Positions 23,083 through 32,900 of a DNA stretch of 64,000 nt are shown piece after piece. The translations under genes and the position numbers were made by a program. The stretch is from a bacterium ADurb.Bin212 (lineage in GTDB: Bacteria; Patescibacteriota; UBA1384; XYA2-FULL-43-10): positions 2,015 to 66,014 of the forward strand of contig MWCM01000005.1 in the NCBI GenBank assembly GCA_002070055.1, written 5' to 3'. How positions within the stretch are numbered: the first letter of the stretch is position 1; each line of letters starts with the position of its first letter. The notes under the pieces were generated by a model. That model was not told where the DNA came from, did not search any database, and saw only the letters and a program-made list of their open reading frames with translations.

Positions 23083-24042
23083 TTAATACTGGCTATTCTC
23101 TATTTCTCTTGCTAACATAACCCATTGCTCGATTGTAAGCTCCTGAGCCCTAGCGTTTCTACCTATATTCATCTTATCTAATAGTTCTATGGTCTGTCCA
23201 CTACTTAAATTGGTGCCAGCCTTTAAGTTATTAAATAAGGTCTTTCTCCTCGCCCTAAACCCAGCTTTCACTATTTTAAAAAAGTTTTTTTCATCAATTT
23301 TTGATTTTTGATATTTAATATTTGATATCTTTATGATCGCACTATCAACTGTTGGCACAGGAAAAAAAGAATCGCGTTTTACGATATCAACAATCTCCGG
23401 ATCACCATAATATTGCACCGAAACACCTAGCAGCGATAAATCGCCGTTCTTAGCACATACCCGCTCCGCCACCTCTTTTTGCACCAAAAGAACGATAAGC
23501 ACTGGCTTATTGTCGGCAGTTAGAAATTTCTCAAGAATTTTCGAGGTAATATAGTAAGGAATGTTGGCTACTAGCTTGTAGGGAACAGGTTCTAGGTTTA
23601 AGGTTTCAGATTCTAGTGATTCCTGCATCAAATCTGTCCCTTTTCCTTTGTCATCCCGAGCGACTCGCAGATTTTGTGAGGAGTCGAGGGATCCCTTTAT
23701 TATTGATTCAGGATCAAATTCTAAGGCATCTTCGCAAATTATTTCCGCGTCTATACTTAATTCTGAATTCTTAATTCTTAATTCTAGTAAATTTGCCAGC
23801 TTCTCATCCTTCTCAATCGCCACTACCCTTCCGGCTTTTATAACCAGCTCCTCTGTTAACGCCCCAACCCCTGGGCCGATCTCCAATACCAGATCTGACA
23901 GCTTAAGATCAGCAGCTGTTACAATTTTATCGAGCACCCCTCGGTCAACTAAAAAATTCTGGCCCAAGCTTTTTTTAGCCCAGAGCCCATTTTGTTTTAA
24001 ATAACTTATTAGTTCGTTCTTATTGGTTAAATCCATAGTCAT
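23083..24042 (-). CDS. rsmA: 16S rRNA (adenine1518/1519-N6)-dimethyltransferase RsmA/KsgA (with ~60-aa insertion)
   Basis: LGQNFLVDRGVLDKIV, SAM motif VLEIGPGVGALTEEL, and LVANIPYYITS. Start taken at MTMDL (24042). The longer ORF runs into GC-rich non-coding sequence. Confidence 0.9.
   Translation of the reverse strand: MTMDLTNKNELISYLKQNGLWAKKSLGQNFLVDRGVLDKIVTAADLKLSDLVLEIGPGVGALTEELVIKAGRVVAIEKDEKLANLLELRIKNSELSIDAEIICEDALEFDPESIIKGSLDSSQNLRVARDDKGKGTDLMQESLESETLNLEPVPYKLVANIPYYITSKILEKFLTADNKPVLIVLLVQKEVAERVCAKNGDLSLLGVSVQYYGDPEIVDIVKRDSFFPVPTVDSAIIKISNIKYQKSKIDEKNFFKIVKAGFRARRKTLFNNLKAGTNLSSGQTIELLDKMNIGRNARAQELTIEQWVMLAREIENSQY
23295..23329. repeat. TTTTGAT-type tract in frame inside rsmA
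   Basis: CAATTTTTGATTTTTGATATTTAATATTTGATATC. Encodes ISNIKYQKSKID. Confidence 0.55.
23756..23787. repeat. TTCTTAATTC-type repeat (CTTAATTCTGAATTCTTAATTCTTAATTCTAG) in frame inside rsmA
   Basis: Encodes LELRIKNSELSI on the minus strand. Related copies at 12274-12305 (mnmA, KIKNSGLRIKQG) and 9673-9703 (upstream of recG). Confidence 0.55.
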
Positions 24043-24045
24043 TTT

Positions 24046-24330
24046 GGTGTGGCCGACTACCCGCCTCGGGGGCGGGTGTCGGCCGGTGTGCGGTCTCTCC
24101 TCGGTGACACACAAACCTCAAGGCTGTATTCAGGGTCGGTGTACTCCGTTGATGCAGCGTCGGGGTTGATACCATGAGATCTTAGCTCATGTTTACCGGA
24201 ACACTCCAAGCACTGAACATTCTGTAGCTTCCAACAACCACATCTTGGACGTGGCATATGGGCCCTCCCGTGACATGTTGCTATAGACCACAGGAATTAC
24301 ATACAAAATAATCAATATAAGCAATAACCC
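24046..24330 (-). other. GC-rich structured intergenic segment (candidate ncRNA or leader) between the G5/DPBB gene and rsmA
   Basis: About 280 nt of GC-rich sequence in an AT-rich genome. Hairpins GGCCGAC-ACCCGCCCCCGAGGCGGGTA-GTCGGCC and CATGAG-ATCTTAG-CTCATG. The overlapping 66-aa ORF is implausible. Confidence 0.3.
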
Positions 24331-24332
24331 TT

Positions 24333-25319
24333 TTACTCTTCGGAATAATATTTTTCAATCCTGATACTTTCCAACTTTCCAGTGCCCAGGGAGGCACCCA
24401 ATGCCTTAAAAGCGGCAGTTGAAAGATCAATTATCACTCCAGAATCTGAGTGGCTTATACCACCGCCTTTTATGGTCACTGTTACTCTTTTACCATTATT
24501 CTGGTTAACTACCACTACTTTCGTGCCGCGTGGCAAAGAGTTGTGAGCCGCAATCATCTCATTTGTGGCAACATACCACGTAGCTTTGCCCGTTCCATAC
24601 ACAATTACTTTGCTTCCGATTCTAACCACTTCATCAACACTTTCTGTAACAATTTTTGTAGAAATGTATGATTTTGACACCTCTTCTCCATCTACCCTTG
24701 TTACCAAATACGAAAGCTCTTTAACCCCGGCCAAACCTTTTTGTTCAACGACCTTATTCCCCTTCTCCATTGTTGGGTCTTCTTTCTTAACAACTTTATA
24801 TTTAATCTCTTCGCTTTCAACAATAACTGTTTTGGCGACTCTGCTGATTTTTATCTGCATGTTGTCCTCAATTTTGGAATCAAGAGGCAAAGATGTTTTA
24901 TCCTCCATGCCGAGAGCAATGTCTTTTTCCTTAAAAAGCTCTTCAATAGTTGATGACCAGCTGTGAAGCAACTGATATTTTTTACCATCGTATAGATTTA
25001 CCCTCGGCGCACGCTTGATAGTTATCTTGCCACCCATCTCTAAATATAAATCAGGGAAAACAGATATTTTGTCCTCGGGGAAAGAGATTATTTGCAGGTC
25101 GTTTAAAATTTCATTCAAGTTGCCGCCGTTACTGAATCCGTTCGATTCGATGATCTGACCATTCGGTCTTACGTCAACAACAAAATATGCTCTCTCCGGC
25201 AAGAAATCTGCGCGAGATTCGTAGTGATTAATATTCTTTGAATATGCTGTTGCCGAAAAAAATAAAACCGGCACAGCGACTAATGTTATGAAAAGACGCG
25301 AAATGTTCATACTCTGCAT
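24333..25319 (-). CDS. secreted cell-wall protein with G5 domain and C-terminal RlpA/3D-like double-psi beta-barrel
   Basis: Signal peptide MNISRLFITLVAVPVLFFSATAYS. Mid-region G5-like. C-terminal GKATWYVATNEMIAAHNSLPRGTKVVVVNQNNGKRVTVTIKGGGI...IIDLSTAAFKALG matches the RlpA-like DPBB pattern (ASWYG...TA.GE...TAAH.TLP.GT.V.V.N..NG.S..V..NDRGP...IDLS.AA...LG). Confidence 0.6.
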   Translation of the reverse strand: MQSMNISRLFITLVAVPVLFFSATAYSKNINHYESRADFLPERAYFVVDVRPNGQIIESNGFSNGGNLNEILNDLQIISFPEDKISVFPDLYLEMGGKITIKRAPRVNLYDGKKYQLLHSWSSTIEELFKEKDIALGMEDKTSLPLDSKIEDNMQIKISRVAKTVIVESEEIKYKVVKKEDPTMEKGNKVVEQKGLAGVKELSYLVTRVDGEEVSKSYISTKIVTESVDEVVRIGSKVIVYGTGKATWYVATNEMIAAHNSLPRGTKVVVVNQNNGKRVTVTIKGGGISHSDSGVIIDLSTAAFKALGASLGTGKLESIRIEKYYSEE

Positions 25320-25396
25320 ACATAATAACAGAAAAATATCCCTTTGCTTAATTGGCACAATTTAGATACAATATAGTTGTGCAGTAATGGAGGGAG

Positions 25397-25978
25397 ATGA
25401 AAGCAAGTGTCATCCTAAAAAGCAGCCTGATTGCTATTTTTGCAGTGGTGTTAACTGCAACCTTTTTATGGTTAACAAAACTCGATTCAAAAAATGATTT
25501 AGACAGAATGGCTTCTGCATCTGACATATCTGATGCTAAGGGCTTATTGCTAACCAAAAATTACTCAGAGTGTGTGGACAAACTCAAATACAGTGATTTT
25601 GAGAGTGATAGTGATATAGCACAAGCCAATAATGTTCTGGGACAATGCAATTACGCTCTTAAAGATTACGCTTCAGCATTGGAACATTTTGAAAGAACAG
25701 AATCGCTTTTGAAGGATAAAAAACAGTTATCAAGCCTGCAAAACCTTATGGCCAACACATACCGCGATATGGGAGAAAAAAACCAGGCCGCCATTTACTA
25801 TCAAAAAGCCCTAGACAACAATCCCGCAAATCAACAAGCGTCAATTAATTACTCTTATTCCCTGTTAGCCGAGGGAGATAAAATCAATGCCCAAAATGTC
25901 ATAAATGAAGCAATGTTAATTTCTCCCAACAATGAAGAACTTATCAAAATTAAGCTAAGTATCGAAAATGGCGCTTAA
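25397..25978 (+). CDS. TPR-repeat protein with N-terminal membrane anchor
   Basis: N-terminal TM helix, then TPR-like repeats (ALEHFERTESLL, AIYYQKALDNNPANQQASINYSYSLLAEGD). Confidence 0.6.
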   Translation: MKASVILKSSLIAIFAVVLTATFLWLTKLDSKNDLDRMASASDISDAKGLLLTKNYSECVDKLKYSDFESDSDIAQANNVLGQCNYALKDYASALEHFERTESLLKDKKQLSSLQNLMANTYRDMGEKNQAAIYYQKALDNNPANQQASINYSYSLLAEGDKINAQNVINEAMLISPNNEELIKIKLSIENGA

Positions 25979-26987
25979 AGACATATTTAAAAAATCCTCT
26001 TCACGAAGAAAAATCGATAGATCTGAAGGAGAAGAAAAAACTCCGGATATTATTTTGAGCACAAACAAGGCCATTGAGATTTTGTCGACACAAAAGCAAC
26101 ATCTAAATTCCAAGCAAGTTGAATTAAGTCTAGACAAAAAGCGTCTTAATAGAAAATTAGACCGCCAGATATTAAGAATCCACAGAACAAAAGAGCAAGT
26201 TGAAAAAAGGATAGAGTTTGTTCGAAACGGCGGCGCCAGGATTTCAATTCCATTCTTAAAGAATTCTGATCTATTTCTGCGCAGAAGACTTCTCTGGTAT
26301 AGGAATTGGCACAACAATTCAATCTCACCCAAACTTCACTTAACCGCCCTTGGGTCTTATCTAATAATCTCTGTCTTTTTAGCTATCATATTTATGCAGG
26401 GTGTGCCCAATAACACCTCCGCCCTTAATTCTGAACACCGTAAAACCTCTTTAGTATCTGCCATCTACACACCAGATAATCTGTCGCTTAAAAATAGCAA
26501 AGTGCAACTGCCTCAAGACGAGAAGCCGATATCTACTTTATATGAAGACAATTTAGCCGTTGACTTTTCCGATAAATCAAGCAAATTGGCCAGTGCTAAA
26601 ATTCGAACCATGGACAAGAACAAGCAAGAGCAATGGGTTGAATTTGTCTTGTTGCAACCGAAGGATTTACAACAACCCAGCTCTGAAAATATCAGCTCGA
26701 ACTCTTTAGTAAGCGCTTCAGCACATGCCGAACCGGACAATAGCCTGGTTGAGGCAAATATCGTTGATGTCACCAAAGAGATCAATAACAGTATAGTAAC
26801 CCTGAATGTTAATAATGCTGTTGCCGCAAAATATGAGGTCTCAAGCAACAATAGTCAAGCCACAGTTAAAGAGACTTTAATTATAGAAGACATTAGCGCA
26901 TTTAGTAAAAATCCCGACTATACGATCTCTTTTAGAGTAAAAACTCAAGGTCTAGCAATAATTCAAAAAGAAAACGGTGCCTATTAG
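25968..26987 (+). CDS. hypothetical coiled-coil/single-TM protein, translationally coupled on both sides
   Basis: Overlaps the TPR gene by 11 nt and the giant gene by 11 nt. Charged coiled-coil N-terminus and TM helix LHLTALGSYLIISVFLAIIFMQGV. Confidence 0.4.
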   Translation: MALKDIFKKSSSRRKIDRSEGEEKTPDIILSTNKAIEILSTQKQHLNSKQVELSLDKKRLNRKLDRQILRIHRTKEQVEKRIEFVRNGGARISIPFLKNSDLFLRRRLLWYRNWHNNSISPKLHLTALGSYLIISVFLAIIFMQGVPNNTSALNSEHRKTSLVSAIYTPDNLSLKNSKVQLPQDEKPISTLYEDNLAVDFSDKSSKLASAKIRTMDKNKQEQWVEFVLLQPKDLQQPSSENISSNSLVSASAHAEPDNSLVEANIVDVTKEINNSIVTLNVNNAVAAKYEVSSNNSQATVKETLIIEDISAFSKNPDYTISFRVKTQGLAIIQKENGAY

Positions 26988-29900
26988 CTTATCTGATTCT
27001 AATGGTTTAACGGTAATGAACATTGAGCCGCCAGTAATTGAAGACAACCGTGGTACCAAAGGTCAAATTAGCCTTGAAATAGTTGACGATGTCGCAACTT
27101 ACTTTATTGATAAAGACTACATCGAAAACGCTGAATATCCGATATTTCTTGACCCTACCGTAACGGTATCAACTTCAACTATCACAAATCCTAATTCATA
27201 TGCCAAAGACCGTACACTCTTAGAAACCAGTGACGGGACATTGGTGAATATATATTCTGACGGTGCCGCCATTAATTATCGCACCTCGTCAGACAAAGGA
27301 GCCAACTGGAGTTCCGCAACAAAAATAACAGATTCAGCAAATGCCGACGATAACGGCTTCTCCGCATGGATTGATGTGGATGATAATATCCATCTTACTT
27401 ACTCGGACAACAACACGAATCCTTACATATTTTACCGTCGCTTGTCTTACAGTTTTGCCACAACTGTCGTCTCAATCGGTGCAGAAAAAACCGTGGAATC
27501 ATCAGGGACCAGCCGTATGTATCCCTCAATTGTAGCCACAGAGTCATCAAACACTATTCACGTCGCTTACCGTTATTACGACGGAAGTGATTACACAATT
27601 AAAGTTAAGTCTAGCAGTGATTTTGGTGATAATTGGAGCGCCGCCTCTACTCTCTCTCCCGCTACCAATGCCAACGCCGCAACCTATCCCTGCGCAATTC
27701 TTTGGAACGACAAACCGGCAATTATTTATAATTATCAAAACGCCTCATTACGTTGGAATTATTACAACGGTAGCAGTTGGCAATCAGAAGGCTGGGACAA
27801 TGAATTGATAACAGCTGAAGTTGATGCTGATACCGGGCTAGAATTTACTGCAATAGAGTCGCCATTCAACAACTATCTACATCTTTCGTGGAGAGGAAGC
27901 GGCACTAACGGCATCAGGTATCTAAAAAACAACAATTCCGTAGCCGGTTGGGATGGAACCTCAACCGCCATAACTGCAGACCATAACGATAGATTTCCAA
28001 GTATTGGCGCCGGCACAAATGATTATATTAACCTTTATTACTCTGATTATGTTGGAGCTAATTCATATAATATCAAGTATATCTCTAAAAGTAGCGCAGG
28101 GTCTTTCGGGGCTGTTAACTCTGTGACCACGGATGACGCAAATAATTTAGTCTCTCATGCTGCCCAGAAAGCAACTTATTACAGGAACAATTCTTTGCTT
28201 TTTGATGGCACAGACGACCATGCCGACCTGCCAGATGGATTCTCCGATTTTACCGGAGGTTTAACATTGGAGTTGTGGGCATATCCTACCGCAGCGCAAA
28301 ATTACGCAAGATTTTTTAATTTTAGCAACGGCGCTCCAAATAACAACATTGTTTTTGGACGCACCGGCACAACGACGAATTTAGCATTTATTGTATGCAA
28401 CGGCACGAGCAGTTGCCCCACGGCAGTGACTGCCACTGGGGTACTTGAACTTAACAAGTGGCAGCATTTTGTCGTCACTCAAAGCGCAGCCGGAGCTGTG
28501 ACCATATATAAAAATGGAGTAAGCGTTGCCACCGGGACTCAGAATATCCCTACAAACATTACTCGCACCATAAATTATATCGGCCGAGGCGCTTGGGTAA
28601 CCGATTCATATTATAAAGGCAACATAGATGGGGTAAGAATTTACAATCGCAGCATTAGTTCAGGAGAGGTTACAGCACATTACCGTAGCGGAATCGGACC
28701 TAAAAAAATCCCCACAGATACAAATCAACTCGCGGCATATAATTTTGATGAGACCAGTGGCACCTCTGGCGCAGACGCTTCGGGAAATTCTATGACTGCC
28801 ACCCTTGTTTCTGGCCCCTCAAATCAGCACAATAGTGTGCCTTATAAAAATTCTAATAATTACGCAATCTACTCCCCCAACTCAAACGGCTACATTTCCA
28901 TTCCCGCCAATGCCTCAACCAATACCAACACAACCAATTTTACAATGGAAGCGTGGGTAAAGGCTAAATCTACCGGCGCTTGGCGTTGGATAATGGGCAA
29001 AAATAATAGTGGTAATTGGCTTGGCATTAACTCGGGCGGATATTTAAACTTTTCCACTGCCGGAGGAGCCAATAATATCTCCTCTACTGCTTATGTTACC
29101 GACGAAAAATGGCACCACGTGGCTGCAACCTTCGACACCGGCACTCTTAAGTTATATATGGACGGCAAAAACACCGATACTTGGACAGGGAAAAGTGTAT
29201 CTGCCCAAACCGGGGCAACTTATATCGGCTATAACGGATATGAATATTATTACGGTTGGATTAACGAAGCAAGGCTTTGGACAAAAACACTATCGGCCGC
29301 TGACATACTTAATCGATTTTCTGCCGGCTTGTTTGCAACTGGTGCACCAGAGGCTAATTTAGGCGGTGGCTGGTCTATGAACGATGCTTCCGGCACTACC
29401 GTAGCCGACTTTAGCGGTAATGGTAATACTGGATCGTTTGTTAACACCCTCTATTTCGATAACGTATTAAAAACCACTCTTTCGACTCCTTCCGTTACTT
29501 TTGTTGAGGGCACAGGTTCACCATACAATATTAAGTGGGGGCCTAAAGCAAAAGTATGGACTGGCATGGGAGCCAACACCAACTGGACAACCGCAGAGAA
29601 TTGGAGCGACGGTGTTGCACCAGTAGGCGGTGACAACCTGTTGTTTGACGGCCCAACCGGTGGCAGTTCGGTTGCCGATTCAGTACCGGACAACCTTGGT
29701 TCCATAGAAATTGTTAAGGAGAGCAGCATAACATTATATTTCAGCAAACATCCATCTACAAACGTTGACACTTTTAAAATTAACTTAACCGGTGATTGTA
29801 TTTTTAATGGGGGCATAGTTCAATCTGAAGGTGATACTACCGTCATGCACGCAGGAATTACAGATGGCCAAGGCAACGAACTATCCGCGTCCAATATTTT

Positions 29901-32900
29901 TGTCGGCCCCTCTGGCATCATTAATTTAGATGGTCTTGGCTTTCCTGCCAGGCAAGGTCCGGGACGCATATACCTGACAAACGACGAGAGAGGTTCCGGG
30001 CATGGCGGACAAGGTGGCGGGAGCCCCTATGGCGGCACAGCTTATGGCGACTTCTCGGACCCTGTTTCACTGGGCAGTGGAAACTACCGTGTAGCCGGAG
30101 GAGGCGCTTTAAAACTTAACGCCAGCCAGTCAATTATATTAGATGGTTCGCTAAGCGCCAACGGCTTAAGTAATTATGGCGGAAGCGCCGGAGGATCTTT
30201 TAATATAAGCGGAACCTATATTGCTGGAGTGGGTAGTGTTAAGGTTAATGGCGGAGCCGGAGACTATGGGACCGGCGGTGGCGGAAGAATTAAATTATCC
30301 TCAAACACTAATAATTTTATCGGCACATTACAGGCCAAAGCAGGAAATCAATCCGCCGGTATCAACGGAGGCGCAGGCACGATATTTAAAAAACTAGCTT
30401 CACAGACTTACGGCGATTTAATTATCGATAACGGCGACGCCACTCAGAACGGGCGCAACCAAACCTCAGCCTATTTAAAAGGCTCAAGTGGCGATACGGG
30501 CAGTTACCAATTTGATTCAATTACATTTAATAACTACGGCAAACTCGAGATTATCTCCGGACAAAGTTTAGCACTTAACAGTGGCACTATTACTGGTACC
30601 AAAACAGCGGGAGTAATAAATGCCGGAACAGTAAGCGTGCCGGACAACTGGTCTCTCAACTACTTCTATTCACATAAAAATGGCACATTATCCGGATGGA
30701 CTCAAACAAATTTAACAATAACCTCTGCCGGTAAATTAACTCATTATATCAATGATTCTACAGACACCTATGGCCTTAATCTAACACTAGATAGTCTAAC
30801 CGTAGATAGTGGAGGTGAGATTGACGTTAGTGAAGTAGGATATGCTTCGCAACAAGGCACAGGCAAAGGTAAGGTTATTACTGGTGGTTATGGCGATGGT
30901 GGTGGTTACGGAGGAGAGGGAGGACGAAACGACACCGATATGACTAGAAGTAACCCTTATGGAGATTATTCTAATCCAACTGAACTTGGTAGTGGCGGCG
31001 CTTACTCAGGTGGCGGCGGCAAAGCTTTATTAACCATAACTGGGACAGCCACAATTAATGGCAGTCTGCTCGCAAACGGACAATCAGCAAACTCCGGAGG
31101 GTCGGGTGGAAGTATTAATTTATCGGCTGCCACAATCACCGGCGGCGGCACAATCACGGCCAATGGTGGTTCGGGTGGCACAATTTACTCCGGTGGCGGC
31201 GGTGGTGGCAGGATACGTCTTGCCTCTACGGCCAACACTTTTAGCGGTACTCTAACCGCCCGAGGAGGCACAGGCTATAGTAGCAATTATTCAGGTGGGC
31301 CAGGAACTATCTATAAAAAACTTTCCAGCCAAAGCTATGGCGATCTAATTATTGATGATAACGGCAATACTCACCACAATAGATATTTTATGGGGGCATA
31401 CTTAAAAGATAAAGCTGACAGCGGTAGCTATCAATTTGATTCAATACAATTCTCTAATTATGGAAAACTTGAAGTTTTAGGAAGTCAGATAATTAATGCA
31501 ACTGCAACAACTATTACCGGCGACAAAAATTCCGGTTTTTCAAACGCTGGCACAATTAATCTACCCTCTACATGGAACCTCTCCTATTTATATATGCACA
31601 AAGGGGGCACAATAAGTGATCTTGCTAATAAATCGATTGTAGTGACATCAACCGGCTTCCTGACACATTATTTTAACAACTCCGAAGAGACATATTCAAT
31701 AAATTGGACATTAAATTCAGTTGAGGTGCAGACTAACGGCGAAATTAATACTACAAACAATGGTTATGCCGCCAATAATGGCCTCGGGCCCGGAGCATCA
31801 GCTGGCACGCCTTCTGGCTCTGGTGGTGGTGCATACGGCGGAAACGGTGCTGCTGGCACAGTTGGTGCAGGCGGAACTGCCTACGGCTCGGTAACAAACC
31901 CGACCAATCTTGGTTCAGGTGGCGGTGGCGGAGCTAATGCCGGTGGCGGTGCAATTATTCTAAATGTTAATACTCTGAATTTGTCCGGAACACTTGCCGC
32001 AAACGGAGCTGATAGTGCCGCCAATGATTACGCAGGAGGTGGTGCAGGGGGCAGCATAAATATCACTGCTAATACAATCAGTGGTTCTTCTGGCTCAATT
32101 ACTGCTAACGGCGGCTACAGTAAATGGAGAGGTGGCGGTGGCGGTGGCGGTAGAATTGCCATAAATTACACCACTGACTCATACACAGGCGGTCTATCGT
32201 CTCTAGCAATCTCCGCCAAAGGCGGCATGAACGGAGTGACTTGGGGTGAAGATGGTACACGCAAAGGTGCCGCCGGAACTATATATATCAAAAAAACCTC
32301 CGATGCTTACGGCAGTCTGAAGATTGATAATGCTGTAGCCACCACTACTGTAGCTAGGACCCCTTTGACTCTTCCATTGGCTTATAGCAATGTTACAATT
32401 TCTAATTACGGCAAAGCTACCATATCGACCAACGCTGATACGGCTCAGAACACTTTGGCCGTGAACGGAAATTTAACCGTGGGTGCAAACTCCGAGCTGA
32501 TACTCAACTCCGATAACGATGGCACTCCTGCCGCTGGGGCTTGGCCAATTATTACTGTGACTGGTGATGCTAATATTTCCGGTTCTGTTACCTCTAACGC
32601 TACCGGCTATATACATGATCTGGGCAGTGGCAAGGGCAACATAAGCGGTTCTTATGGTTCTGGTGCAGGGTATGGCGGCAGTGGTGGCAATTCCGCCAAC
32701 GGAGCAATTGGTGGGGTAACTTATGGCACAGAACGTGACAATAACTATATTGGAAGCGGAGGCGGTGGGGCAAATGGTGGGGCAGGTGGCGGCATGATAA
32801 AAATGTCGGTATCCGGATCTCTTGATCTAAGCAACACCGGAACTATTGCAAGCAACGGTGGAGCTGGGGGCACAGACGGTGGCGGTGGTTCTGGAGGTTC

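Noticed and set aside
6892-23787. CRISPR array explanation for the recurring short repeats
   Set aside because: Copies are scattered over 17 kb, lie inside ORFs in frame, are not regularly spaced and have no unique spacers of constant length. There are no cas genes in the window.
24180-24235. SRP RNA (4.5S) hypothesis based on a GUUUACCGG box
   Set aside because: The conserved GGAAGCAGCC partner strand of SRP domain IV is absent on both strands.
24057-24257. 66-aa ORF in the GC-rich block upstream of rsmA
   Set aside because: Arg/Pro/Cys-rich product with no RBS. The region is more plausibly a structured RNA.
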